Origin: Planctomycetota bacterium
GTDB taxonomy: Bacteria; Planctomycetota; UBA8108; SXIK01
Reading direction: 5' to 3'
Assembly (NCBI GenBank): GCA_965223265.1
Contig: OZ244999.1
Span: 192,001 to 256,000, forward strand
DNA: 64,000 nt
The notes below the pieces were generated by a model. The model was not told the DNA's origin and made no database searches. It saw only the letters and a program-made list of their open reading frames with translations. A program made the position numbers and the translations under genes. Of the stretch, positions 47,826 through 56,974 are shown piece by piece (the first letter of the stretch is position 1; each line of letters begins with the position of its first letter).

Positions 47826-49988
47826 CTATGCCGTGCGCTGTTGTCGTCGCCGCTCGCGATTCCACAACCACAGCGCACCGCCGAGGAAGATCGGTCCGAC
47901 GGGACCACCGCCGAAACCACCACCGCCGCCACTGCTGCGACTGCTGCGAGATCTACGGCCGTTGTCGCGGCGGGACGCGTTCCACGCCGTTTCGTCGTCG
48001 CGCGAGGGGGGCGATGCGGTCGAAGTCGGCGCTTCGCGTGCCTCGTTGACGTGACGAGCGAGCGGCTCAGCGCGGTCCTGTGGTTTCGTTGCGTTCGCCG
48101 CCACCGCCGGCCCGAGACCATCCACGGCACTGCGCCGTATTGCTTCAAGACTCTTAGCCAGGCGATCGCGAGCATCGCGATCGTTGGTGATGCGCGCCAG
48201 ATTTGTGCGTTCGATCTTCCAGCGCCTGTACTCTGCGTCGTTCTCAAGCACAAGGAACGACGTGTACTCGGTCACGATCGAGTGGGTTTCTCCGAGGTTT
48301 ATAATCGCTTCGATGGCATCGCGCCCCAGAGGTCGGCCGTCACCTGCGCGGACGAGGTCGTCCACGCGTCGCAGCGCCCACATGCGCTCAACCTGTGGGT
48401 GGTCGCCAGCGTCAGCCGGGAATTCTATGTCAATGTCGTTGGCGATCTGCCGGCCGTTCACATCGCCGGTGAATTCGATCTTGGCTTTGCCGCCGCGCCG
48501 ATAACGTCCGTACATACGCAGAGGCGCGCCATGATAAAGGTTCGGGAGCTCCGTTGGCGTGACATCATAAGCATCGACCGACGTGATTTTGATGCGAGCG
48601 TCACTCACCGCAGGGCGCATCAGCTTGCGGCGAAACGCGGCGGCTTGTCTCGTGAAATTGTCGCCTCGGGAGATGAACGCGGCCAAGCCACCTGAGCGCT
48701 CGGCGACGCGCTCGAGGAGAGGGCGATTGACGTCATTGCCGACACCGATGCAAAAGACGCGGGCATTGGCGGGTCGGGCTGCGACCAGCGCCTGGAGACT
48801 CGTGCTCGCTTCACCCTTGGTGAGCCCGTCGCTTAAGAGCACGACGTTGAGAGTGCGATCGGCTTCACCATAGTTGTACGCCAGTCGCAGCGCGCTCCCG
48901 ACATCGGTTCCGCCGCGAGCGCTCTGTTCGTTGAGAAAAGTCGTCGCTGCAGAGATTTTCTCCGGAGTTGCTGCCGCGAGTTGACCAAACAGTGGCGTCG
49001 GGGCGACGTTGAATGACAGCAGCTCGAAGCGGTCATTTGCGTCGAGAGAGTCTACGAAAGCGGTGATCGATCCGGCTGAGGTTCGCATTTTGGCGTTGAA
49101 CCTCATGCTGCCGGAAACGTCGAGGACGAAGACATAGTCCATACCCGATTCGCGTTCGCTGAGATCATCGCCGATTGTCAGCGTCAGCAGAAAGTAGCCG
49201 TCTTCATCTGGTTTCTTGGAGGCAACCAAATCGAACCCGGTGCGCGGCCGCTTCACTTTGAAGGCGACGACAAAATCTTGACTGAGATCGCCACCAGTGG
49301 TCTCCATGCTGGCCTGTCGGTAGATGTCGGAATGCCTTGCGACGACGAACTCATCGGGATGGCTCGGGCTTTCCATCTCGGTGATGGGGATCGCGGACCT
49401 GACATCGACATTGATGGCGAACTTGCCTCGGGCTCGCGCGTCAACGTCGCTGCGCGTCGACGTGGCGAGCGGGTAGACGTACGTAGCCCAGTCTTTGTCA
49501 AACTCGAGCTCTTGGTAGTAGGTTGCCTTTACTTTTTGACTCGCCTCCGGACCGATGGGGAAAATGCGCATCTCGAACGTCTTGAAGTCCGTCTGTTCGA
49601 GGAGCCCTGGATCGATGCGGCGTCGTTTGTAGCTGTCGTAGATTTGGCGGGCGCGCTCTTTCTCGACGACCTCGCCGACCATTTCCTTACCACCGATCCA
49701 CATGCTGAAGCTGGCGACGGACGCGCCTTTGGGAACGGGGAAGGTGTAGAGGGCCTCAACCTGGCGTTTTTCTGTGTTACGAAACACCTGCGTGACCTCC
49801 GTGACGGCGATGCCGCTGTCGACGGTGACCTGGACCTCGTGTTCCTCGATCTCGAGCACGCCACCGAAGCCACCGTCGGCGACGAGCAGACCAGCTGACT
49901 CAGCCGGCGTGGAGATCGTTAGGGCCAAGAGTAGAGAAGCGGCGACGCCAGAGACGGCGCGGCGGGACAAGGCGTTTCGGCGCAACAT
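47826..49988 (-). CDS. secreted VIT + vWA domain protein with C-terminal GlyGly-CTERM-like sorting signal
   Basis: GGAGG RBS; signal peptide; VIT 'VTQVFRN..EALYTFPVP..GEVVEKERARQIY'; MIDAS 'DVSGS', 'GGT', 'SDG'; tail SSGGGGGFGGG-PVGPIFLGGALWLW-NRERRR. Confidence 0.9.
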   Translation of the reverse strand: MLRRNALSRRAVSGVAASLLLALTISTPAESAGLLVADGGFGGVLEIEEHEVQVTVDSGIAVTEVTQVFRNTEKRQVEALYTFPVPKGASVASFSMWIGGKEMVGEVVEKERARQIYDSYKRRRIDPGLLEQTDFKTFEMRIFPIGPEASQKVKATYYQELEFDKDWATYVYPLATSTRSDVDARARGKFAINVDVRSAIPITEMESPSHPDEFVVARHSDIYRQASMETTGGDLSQDFVVAFKVKRPRTGFDLVASKKPDEDGYFLLTLTIGDDLSERESGMDYVFVLDVSGSMRFNAKMRTSAGSITAFVDSLDANDRFELLSFNVAPTPLFGQLAAATPEKISAATTFLNEQSARGGTDVGSALRLAYNYGEADRTLNVVLLSDGLTKGEASTSLQALVAARPANARVFCIGVGNDVNRPLLERVAERSGGLAAFISRGDNFTRQAAAFRRKLMRPAVSDARIKITSVDAYDVTPTELPNLYHGAPLRMYGRYRRGGKAKIEFTGDVNGRQIANDIDIEFPADAGDHPQVERMWALRRVDDLVRAGDGRPLGRDAIEAIINLGETHSIVTEYTSFLVLENDAEYRRWKIERTNLARITNDRDARDRLAKSLEAIRRSAVDGLGPAVAANATKPQDRAEPLARHVNEAREAPTSTASPPSRDDETAWNASRRDNGRRSRSSRSSGGGGGFGGGPVGPIFLGGALWLWNRERRRQQRTA

Positions 49989-50087
49989 GGCGAACCTCCG
50001 TTGTGCGTCCGATTCCGGTCGGCAGGGGGCCCCGGAATTTTGAGGGTGAGTCTCGGCGACGTTCGCCGGCTCTCAACCGCGCCCCAA

Positions 50088-50103
50088 AGCAACGGCCGTT
50101 CCA
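50088..50103 (-). promoter_or_regulatory. sigma-54 (-24/-12) promoter for the VIT-vWA/rhombosortase operon
   Basis: Minus strand TGGAACGGCCGTTGCT = GG-N10-GC, ~100 bp upstream of the start and facing away from a divergent bEBP gene. Confidence 0.8.
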
Positions 50104-50237
50104 GTTGCCTGAAGACGGAGGTAACTTCTATTCTAGGAATGCTTTATGATGTGGATGCCAGGCGCGCCTAAGATCGATTGAACGTCCGGCTCGAATGCTT
50201 ATGATCATTGAAAGAATAGCTGGTATACACTAAAAGT

Positions 50238-51716
50238 ATGACTCTAATGGCTCTATCCGCCTCGGACACCGCGTTCTTCGCTCGCCTCGAGCTCGCCTCG
50301 TTCGCCAACCCGTTCGGCAGCGAACGTGGTGAGCTCCTCTCCGAGCTGAGCGGCGTACCGCGTTTGCATCGCGATCCTGAGGCAGTGCGCGACCACGTCC
50401 TGGCCGAGACAGCGCGTCGCCTGCGGGGGCTGGAAGGGGAAGGGCACCTGAGCTGTTTTCGCGGCGAAGATCGGCTCCGTCTCGAGATCGCGCATCTCTT
50501 CGCTGTCTACTACGGTTTTGTCGACGCGCTCGATCGCTGCATCACCGAGCAGATCGCTGCTGGTGACTCGCCGACGCCCGTCACGTTTGGCGCCGAGCTG
50601 CTCGCCGAACTCGTCGGGCGTGGGTTCAAGCCGAAGGAAGCGGAGCGCTATCTGGCGATTTTTTTTCAGTTCAGGCGTGCCTACTACTTCGTCGCGCACG
50701 AGCTTGTGGGCAACAGCGACGCCATGAAAGACCTGCGGCGCCACCTATGGAACAACGTCGTTACGCACGACATCCGCTGGTACTCACGTTACCTTGTCAC
50801 GCGGATGGAGGACTTCTCCACTCTTCTTCTCGGTGAGACCGGAACCGGCAAAGGTGCAGCTGCGCGCGCGATTGGTTTTGCTGGTTTCATTCCGTTCGAC
50901 GCGAACAAGGGAACCTTCTCCGAAAGTTTCACCAAGGCGTTCGTTTCGATCAACTTGTCACAGTTCCCCGATGCTCTCATCGAGTCGGAGCTGTTTGGTC
51001 ATCGCCGTGGCGCATTTACCGGTGCTGTCGAGGACCATGACGGAGTCTTCGCTCGCTGCAGTGTCCACGGCTCGATCTTTCTCGACGAGATTGGTGAAGT
51101 CTCGCCGACGATCCAGATCAAGCTGCTGCGGGTCCTGCAGGAGCGCTGCTTCTCTCCGGTCGGAAGCCGTGACGTGTGCCGCTTTCGTGGCCGCATCGTG
51201 GCGGCAACGAATCGTCCTCTCCACGAGTTGCGTTCGCCGGGAGGTCTCCGCGATGACTTCTTCTTTCGTCTCTCCTCGGACGTCATCACCATGCCGGCAT
51301 TGCGTGATCACCTCGTCGAGTGTTGTGATGAGCTGGACGAACTCGTCGGACACTTGCTGCAACGCATGACGGGCCCTGCTCCCGAACTGATCAAGTACGT
51401 CCGCGAGGCGATTCGCCAATCGCTTCCGGAGGACTACCACTGGCCAGGCAACGTCCGTGAGCTCGAGCAGTGCGTGCGCCGCATCCTCCTGACGGGGAAC
51501 TATGAACCTGAGGCGAGTGTAGATTGCGGTCCAGATACTGCGTTCGGCGCTGCCGTGGAGCGTGGGGAGATGAACGTTGACGAACTTCTCGCAGGTTACT
51601 GCCGTCTTCTCTACGAGCGCTGTGGAAACTACAGCGAGGTGGCGCGTCAAACCGGACTCGACCGGCGCACGGTGCGGCGTCACATCCTCGGAGAATCTAG
51701 TCTCGCTTCCGATTGA
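50238..51716 (+). CDS. sigma-54-dependent transcriptional activator (bEBP) with unrecognised N-terminal domain
   Basis: Walker A 'GETGTGKG', 'ESELFGHRRGAFTGA', 'FLDEIGE', 'WPGNVREL', C-terminal Fis-type HTH. Confidence 0.93.
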   Translation: MTLMALSASDTAFFARLELASFANPFGSERGELLSELSGVPRLHRDPEAVRDHVLAETARRLRGLEGEGHLSCFRGEDRLRLEIAHLFAVYYGFVDALDRCITEQIAAGDSPTPVTFGAELLAELVGRGFKPKEAERYLAIFFQFRRAYYFVAHELVGNSDAMKDLRRHLWNNVVTHDIRWYSRYLVTRMEDFSTLLLGETGTGKGAAARAIGFAGFIPFDANKGTFSESFTKAFVSINLSQFPDALIESELFGHRRGAFTGAVEDHDGVFARCSVHGSIFLDEIGEVSPTIQIKLLRVLQERCFSPVGSRDVCRFRGRIVAATNRPLHELRSPGGLRDDFFFRLSSDVITMPALRDHLVECCDELDELVGHLLQRMTGPAPELIKYVREAIRQSLPEDYHWPGNVRELEQCVRRILLTGNYEPEASVDCGPDTAFGAAVERGEMNVDELLAGYCRLLYERCGNYSEVARQTGLDRRTVRRHILGESSLASD

Positions 51717-51731
51717 CGCTTTGTAGCCTAG

Positions 51732-52400
51732 TCATCCCGTTGACGCAGTCGGTAACACAGTTCGGCGCCTCGCGCGCGCCACGCGTTGGCGGACGGCACA
51801 GCCGGGAACATGGTCGTTCACCAGCCCCATCGCCTGCATGAATGCGTACGCCGTCGTCGGGCCGACGAACGTCCAGCCGCGCGACTTGAGCTCGCGGCTG
51901 AGCTCGATCGACTCTGGCGTCGTCGCGACAATCCCCTCGAACGGCCGCTTGGTCTCATACTGCCAAAAGAAACTCGCGAGCGACCCCGCTTGATTGACCA
52001 ACTCCACGGCCCGGCGCGCGTTGTTAATGGTCGCTTCGATTTTGCCGCGATGTCGCACGATCCCCGCGTCTCTGAGCAGACGTTCAACGCTTCGTTTGTT
52101 GAAACGCGCAACGTGCTCAAAATCGAAGCCTTGGAACGCGCGTCGGAAGTTGTCGCGTTTCTTCAGAATCGTGAGCCAGCTCAGCCCTGACTGGAATCCT
52201 TCCAGGCAGATCTTCTCGAACAGGCGATGATCGTCGGTGACTGGGAAACCCCATTCTTCGTCGTGGTAGCGGACGTAGAGCGGGTCATCGCCGCACCACC
52301 AGCAGCGAGCGAATCCGGAGGCGTCTCGGACGAGCTTGTCTTCGAAGCCGCGCTGCTTCTTCTGGGTCGTTTTTCGATCCTCGCCGGGCTTCATCTTCAC
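51732..52400 (-). CDS. tag: DNA-3-methyladenine glycosylase I
   Basis: 'RCWW....YVRYHDEEWG', 'LFEKICLEGFQSGLSWLTIL', 'IVRHRGKI', 'FVGPTTAYAFMQAMGLVNDH...C'. Confidence 0.95.
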   Translation of the reverse strand: MKMKPGEDRKTTQKKQRGFEDKLVRDASGFARCWWCGDDPLYVRYHDEEWGFPVTDDHRLFEKICLEGFQSGLSWLTILKKRDNFRRAFQGFDFEHVARFNKRSVERLLRDAGIVRHRGKIEATINNARRAVELVNQAGSLASFFWQYETKRPFEGIVATTPESIELSRELKSRGWTFVGPTTAYAFMQAMGLVNDHVPGCAVRQRVARARRRTVLPTASTG

Positions 52401-52409
52401 CCTCGATCG

Positions 52410-52739
52410 TCATTTGGCAGGCAGCGAACGTGCGAACTCGACGGCGCGATCGACCCACTTCTTCAGACCTTTGTCTGTCGAAACACCTTTCTCGGAGACG
52501 TAAACGAAGCCTTTGAGGGGCTTCCCCGTAAAGTCCATCGGGCGCGCATGTCGCTCTTTGAGTGCTGCTTCGTACGCGATTGGTCCAACACGAGCCATCA
52601 ACTCGTTGTCGACCACGCCGCAGCTCATGTTTCCGCGCACCAGAAACGCCAGTCCACCGAACATCTTTTTTTCACTGATGCCGCGGCGGCGTTTGAGAAC
52701 GCTGCGAACACGTTGTGCGAGGTCTTCGTTGTAAGCCAT
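52410..52739 (-). CDS. TfoX/Sxy N-terminal domain family protein
   Basis: 'MAY.E.LA.RVR', 'EKKMFGGLAFLV.GNM', 'MDFTGKPLKGFVYV', 'FARSLPAK'. Confidence 0.9.
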   Translation of the reverse strand: MAYNEDLAQRVRSVLKRRRGISEKKMFGGLAFLVRGNMSCGVVDNELMARVGPIAYEAALKERHARPMDFTGKPLKGFVYVSEKGVSTDKGLKKWVDRAVEFARSLPAK

Positions 52740-52744
52740 CTCGA

Positions 52745-55700
52745 TTACCGACCTGCTTGCCCAGACGACGTCGTATGACTTGCGGCGGCACCTTCTTGCG
52801 GTGATGCGATGCGATCTGTGCGCACGAAGAACCGGTCAAAAAGGACAGGACACAGTACCAGCGTCAACACTGTGGCGAACCCGAGCCCGAACATCATCGC
52901 GTTCGCCATAGAGCTCCACATGCCGCCGCCGGAGACAGAGAGCGGTAGCAGGCCGATGATCGTCGTCACCGTTGTCATGACGATCGGGCGCAGTCGGGAG
53001 CGTGCGGCGGCTACGATCGCCTCGCGTCGCTCCAATCCCAAAAGCATCTGACGATCAATCTCATCGATCAGAAGGATCGCGTTGTTGACCACGATTCCGA
53101 GGAGCGCGATGATTCCCAGGAGCGTCATGAATCCGAACGATGAACCCGTCGCCAGAAGCCCGGACGTGATCCCGATCAACATGGGTGGGATCGTCAGCAG
53201 GATGATGAGGAAGCGCCGGAGACTGTTGAATTGACTGATCAGAATGAGCGCGAGCGCGGAAAACGATATGGGCATCGCCTCGAAGATCTTTCCCTGTGAC
53301 TCCGCACTTTCCTCCTGCTCACCTCCGTATTCGATGCGGTAGCCTGACGGCCAACTCGGGGTGCTGAGCAACCCATCGAGTCGCGGCCGAAGCTCTGACA
53401 GCGCCTCGCTGGCGAAGCGTCCGCTCACCCGCGCTTTGACTGTCATAGTGCGAATCGTGTCCTCACGCAGAATGGAACCTGGCAGGAAATCGATGCGCAC
53501 GTCCGCCACTTGGCTCAGTGGCACGGAAGTGCCATCAAGGCCGTAGATCGGCATGTCTCGAATGCGTTCCGGGTGTTCGCGATAGTCCTCGCGTGATCGC
53601 AGCACGATCGGGATCGATTTTTCATCTTCCCGAAAGCTGCTCGCAGTCATGCCGCTGTATTGCATGCCGAGCGCGGAAGCTATGTCCGACGTCGTCAGTC
53701 CCAACCGAGCGGCGCGGATAGGGTCTGGGTTGACGGAGACCTGTTTGACCCACGCGCCCCAGTCATCGCGCATCTCGTTGAGCCCGCTGACCGCGCGCAT
53801 CTCGTCAATGATTCGGTCGCGGCAGTCGTAGATTATCTGCATGTCGCGCCCGTAAAGACGGATCTGAATCGGATCACCGACCGGCGGACCGTTTTCGAGC
53901 GCCTTCGCGACGATGCGCGCGTCCGGAAACGATTCGCGAGCGTGACGGTGCACCGCATCGATCATGGCGCGAATCCGAGCTGGATCGCCGCTGTGCGTGA
54001 GCACCGTCATGAAGGCGTAATTGGGATTCGGCGGCTCCGGGGAAAGCGCCAGGTACCAACGCGGCCCGCCGTTGCCGATCCAGGTCGAGACACTTCGCAG
54101 TTCGTCGGCATATGTCTCATTCAACCAACGTTCGAACGTGGCGACGCGACGCTCAGTCTCGGGTAAATCGCGACCCAGCGGCAGCTCGAAGTCGACGATG
54201 AACTGTCCGCGTTCATTGGGTGGAAAAAAGATGTTGGGAACGAAACGAAATCCCCAGCCAGCCAAGATCGTTAGCGCCAGGATCGATATTGGGAAGAGCC
54301 AGCCGCCCTTGAAAGCCCACCGCAGTGCAGCCTCATACGGCGCGTAGAGTCGCTCGAGAAGGCGGCCGACGAACGTGTCGCGTTTGAGAGGACGGAGAAA
54401 GTAGTAACAGAAGAGGGGGATGATAGAGATCGAGAGCACCCAGGAGGCCAGCAACGTAAGCGACACGACGGCGAAAAGACTGTAGGTGAATTCGCTCGTA
54501 GCGCCCGGCGCCAGGGCGACAGGCGAAAACGCGGCGATTGTCGTAGCGCTGGCAGCGAGCAGGGGTACCTGAAGGTTCTTCGTCGCGGCGATGCATGCGG
54601 CGCGGCGCTCCTGCCCCTGGCTGAGACGTACCAGAATCTGCTCGCTGACCACCACGGCATTGTCGACGAGGAGCCCAAGGGCAATGATCAGTGCGGCGAT
54701 CGACATCATCTCGAGCTGTACGTCGGCAAGGGGCATTGCGGCGAAGCACGCCAAGATCGCTGACGGCACCAAAATGGCGACGACGAGCGCGATCCGCCAG
54801 CCTGCGAAGAGGAACATCACCACGGCGACGAACGAGAATGCTTGGGAGAGATTGACAAGAAAGGAATTGATCGATGCGCTGACGTATTCTGGTTGGTAGA
54901 AAATGGGTTCGACGTCGAGGCCGATCGGCAGATCCTCAACGATCTCAGACAGCCTCGTTTGGATGCGGTCTCCGATGTCCGTGACGAGCCCGCCAGCAAC
55001 CATTGACACAGCAATGCAAAGGATGCGCTCGCCGTTGTGGTGAACCACGGAAGAGCGCGGTTCTATGTAGCCGCGTCGAATTGTGCTGATGTCCGAAAGC
55101 AGAACAGACGTTGCCTCGCCTGGAATTGCCAAGCGTAGCGCTTCGATCTCTTCAAGCGTCTCGAACTCGCCGAGAGTGGCCACGCTGAGACGCTCGACAG
55201 CAACCGGCACTGAGCCGCTTGAGGCAACCGCGTTTTGGTTCTGGATCTGCTGGGCGAGGATCGAGGGGCTGACACCGTAGGCCGATAGCTCGCTGTTGGA
55301 GAACTCGACGTAGACACGTTCCGGTCGCGTGCCGTGAAACTCGACTTTGCCGACGCCATCGAGACGCAGCAGCTCGTCACGGATATCCTCCGCGTAGTCG
55401 AGCAGTTCCCGGTCGGAGAATCCGTCGCCGCGGAGGGCATAAACGTAGGGGAAGACGTCGCCGAACTCATCGTTAACGCTGGGCACGCCGGCACCATCCG
55501 GCAGTTGCGTCTCTTCGACTTTGTTACGTAGTCGCTGCCAGATAGGATCGAGGTCGAAATACTCCTCGGCGATCTCCGCTGAAATGATCGAGAGACCGTT
55601 CTTTGACGTCGATTTGACCTCGAACATCTCAGGCATTTGGCGTATCGCCTGTTCGAGAGGTTCAGTGATCTCTTGCTCGACCTGGAGTGCGGTGCGGCCA

Positions 55701-55855
55701 GGGTAGCTTGTGATGATCTGCGCGTTGCGTATGGTGAATTCTGGGTACTCGAGCCGGCCGATCGTGAAATAGCTGCCGACGCCGACGAACATGACGACGC
55801 AGTAGAAGGAGAGGGCCGTGCGATTGTTCCTGAGGGTGAACGCGGTCAGGTTCAT
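52745..55855 (-). CDS. RND efflux transporter permease (AcrB/AcrD/AcrF family)
   Basis: 1036 aa; 'EYPEFT', 'YPG....VEQEITEPLE', 'GLLVDNAVVVSE', 'GIVVNNAILLID', 'RLRPIVMTT'. Confidence 0.95.
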   Translation of the reverse strand: MNLTAFTLRNNRTALSFYCVVMFVGVGSYFTIGRLEYPEFTIRNAQIITSYPGRTALQVEQEITEPLEQAIRQMPEMFEVKSTSKNGLSIISAEIAEEYFDLDPIWQRLRNKVEETQLPDGAGVPSVNDEFGDVFPYVYALRGDGFSDRELLDYAEDIRDELLRLDGVGKVEFHGTRPERVYVEFSNSELSAYGVSPSILAQQIQNQNAVASSGSVPVAVERLSVATLGEFETLEEIEALRLAIPGEATSVLLSDISTIRRGYIEPRSSVVHHNGERILCIAVSMVAGGLVTDIGDRIQTRLSEIVEDLPIGLDVEPIFYQPEYVSASINSFLVNLSQAFSFVAVVMFLFAGWRIALVVAILVPSAILACFAAMPLADVQLEMMSIAALIIALGLLVDNAVVVSEQILVRLSQGQERRAACIAATKNLQVPLLAASATTIAAFSPVALAPGATSEFTYSLFAVVSLTLLASWVLSISIIPLFCYYFLRPLKRDTFVGRLLERLYAPYEAALRWAFKGGWLFPISILALTILAGWGFRFVPNIFFPPNERGQFIVDFELPLGRDLPETERRVATFERWLNETYADELRSVSTWIGNGGPRWYLALSPEPPNPNYAFMTVLTHSGDPARIRAMIDAVHRHARESFPDARIVAKALENGPPVGDPIQIRLYGRDMQIIYDCRDRIIDEMRAVSGLNEMRDDWGAWVKQVSVNPDPIRAARLGLTTSDIASALGMQYSGMTASSFREDEKSIPIVLRSREDYREHPERIRDMPIYGLDGTSVPLSQVADVRIDFLPGSILREDTIRTMTVKARVSGRFASEALSELRPRLDGLLSTPSWPSGYRIEYGGEQEESAESQGKIFEAMPISFSALALILISQFNSLRRFLIILLTIPPMLIGITSGLLATGSSFGFMTLLGIIALLGIVVNNAILLIDEIDRQMLLGLERREAIVAAARSRLRPIVMTTVTTIIGLLPLSVSGGGMWSSMANAMMFGLGFATVLTLVLCPVLFDRFFVRTDRIASPQEGAAASHTTSSGQAGR

Positions 55856-55873
55856 CTAGGTGCTGCTAAACCT

Positions 55874-56974
55874 CTACGGCGACACTCGTACCCGTGCACC
55901 GTCGCTAAGTCTGTGGACTCCACGTGCCACGATGGTTTCACCGGCGGTCAAGCCGCTGAGAATCTCGATCTCGCCTTGCGGCCAGAGCGCTCCGGTCGTC
56001 ACGACTCGCTTCTTGACGTTAGCGGTTTCGCCAGAGGGAGCGGTCGCACCATCGACGACCCACACGTAGCGCTCGTCGGGAGGTGCTGCGGCAACACACG
56101 CCGCCGGGACCGCGATCGATCCACCACGCGGATTGGGAAGCTCGAGCGTTGCTTCGCCGTCCATGCCATCGCGCAGATCCGCGCCACCTTCGGCCAAAGC
56201 GAGTGTCACCGCATAGGTTGTGTTGCGGGATACCTGGGTCGAAATCTTAGAGACCGACGCGGTCAGTTCTACACCTGGTATGCTGCCGATGCGTACCCGG
56301 GCTTTCATGCCGATCGAGACGCTCCCGATCACGTCGGATGGGACGCCGATCTCCATCTCCATCGCGCCGTCCCCAAGAATCGTAAAGACGGGAGTGCCTG
56401 CATTGACCAGTTCTTGTCGCTCGCTGAGGACGTCTCCGATGTGTCCTGCGTACGGCATGTAGAGCGTGCAGTCGTTGACTTGCTTCTCAGCCGTCTCAAG
56501 ACTGGCACTGGCGGTCTGGTGCGTAGCAATCGCGGAGTCAAGCTGCGCACGGCTTGTGTTGTCGTTCTCGAAAAGTTGCTGGACTCTTCTAAGCTCCTCC
56601 TGTGCTCTGGTCGCCTCAGCTTGCGCGCGTCTGAGCTCGACTTCGTAGTTCGACGTGTCGAGTTTCGCGAGCACGGCGCCAGCTTCATACTTTCGTCCCC
56701 GCACCGCAACAAGCTCGACGATGCGACCGCTGACCTCGAAGCTGAGGTCCGCTGTGTTTGCAGCCTTCGTGGCACCAGAGAAGCTGCGGCGGATGACTGA
56801 CTGGGGAGCTGCGACGCGATGTGTGATCACGCGGCGAGGTGGCGTGGGACCGGGATCGGCGCTCTTTCTACAGCTTTCTGTCGTCGTGAGGAAGATGGTG
56901 ACTGCGACGATGGCGCAGCCGCGAGTCACTCGTGGTGTGTTTCTCGCCCGCTGCGCGGCGTGTGGTTGGCTCAT
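55874..56974 (-). CDS. RND efflux periplasmic adaptor (membrane fusion protein)
   Basis: 'LSFEVSGRI', coiled coil, 'LYMPYAG', 'LRDGM', 'GLTAGETIVARG'; ATGA overlap with upstream TolC stop. Confidence 0.92.
   Translation of the reverse strand: MSQPHAAQRARNTPRVTRGCAIVAVTIFLTTTESCRKSADPGPTPPRRVITHRVAAPQSVIRRSFSGATKAANTADLSFEVSGRIVELVAVRGRKYEAGAVLAKLDTSNYEVELRRAQAEATRAQEELRRVQQLFENDNTSRAQLDSAIATHQTASASLETAEKQVNDCTLYMPYAGHIGDVLSERQELVNAGTPVFTILGDGAMEMEIGVPSDVIGSVSIGMKARVRIGSIPGVELTASVSKISTQVSRNTTYAVTLALAEGGADLRDGMDGEATLELPNPRGGSIAVPAACVAAAPPDERYVWVVDGATAPSGETANVKKRVVTTGALWPQGEIEILSGLTAGETIVARGVHRLSDGARVRVSP

Noticed and set aside
52410-52739. Competence regulator TfoX/Sxy
   Set aside because: It is a stand-alone 109-aa N-terminal domain, a widespread family with no shown role in competence
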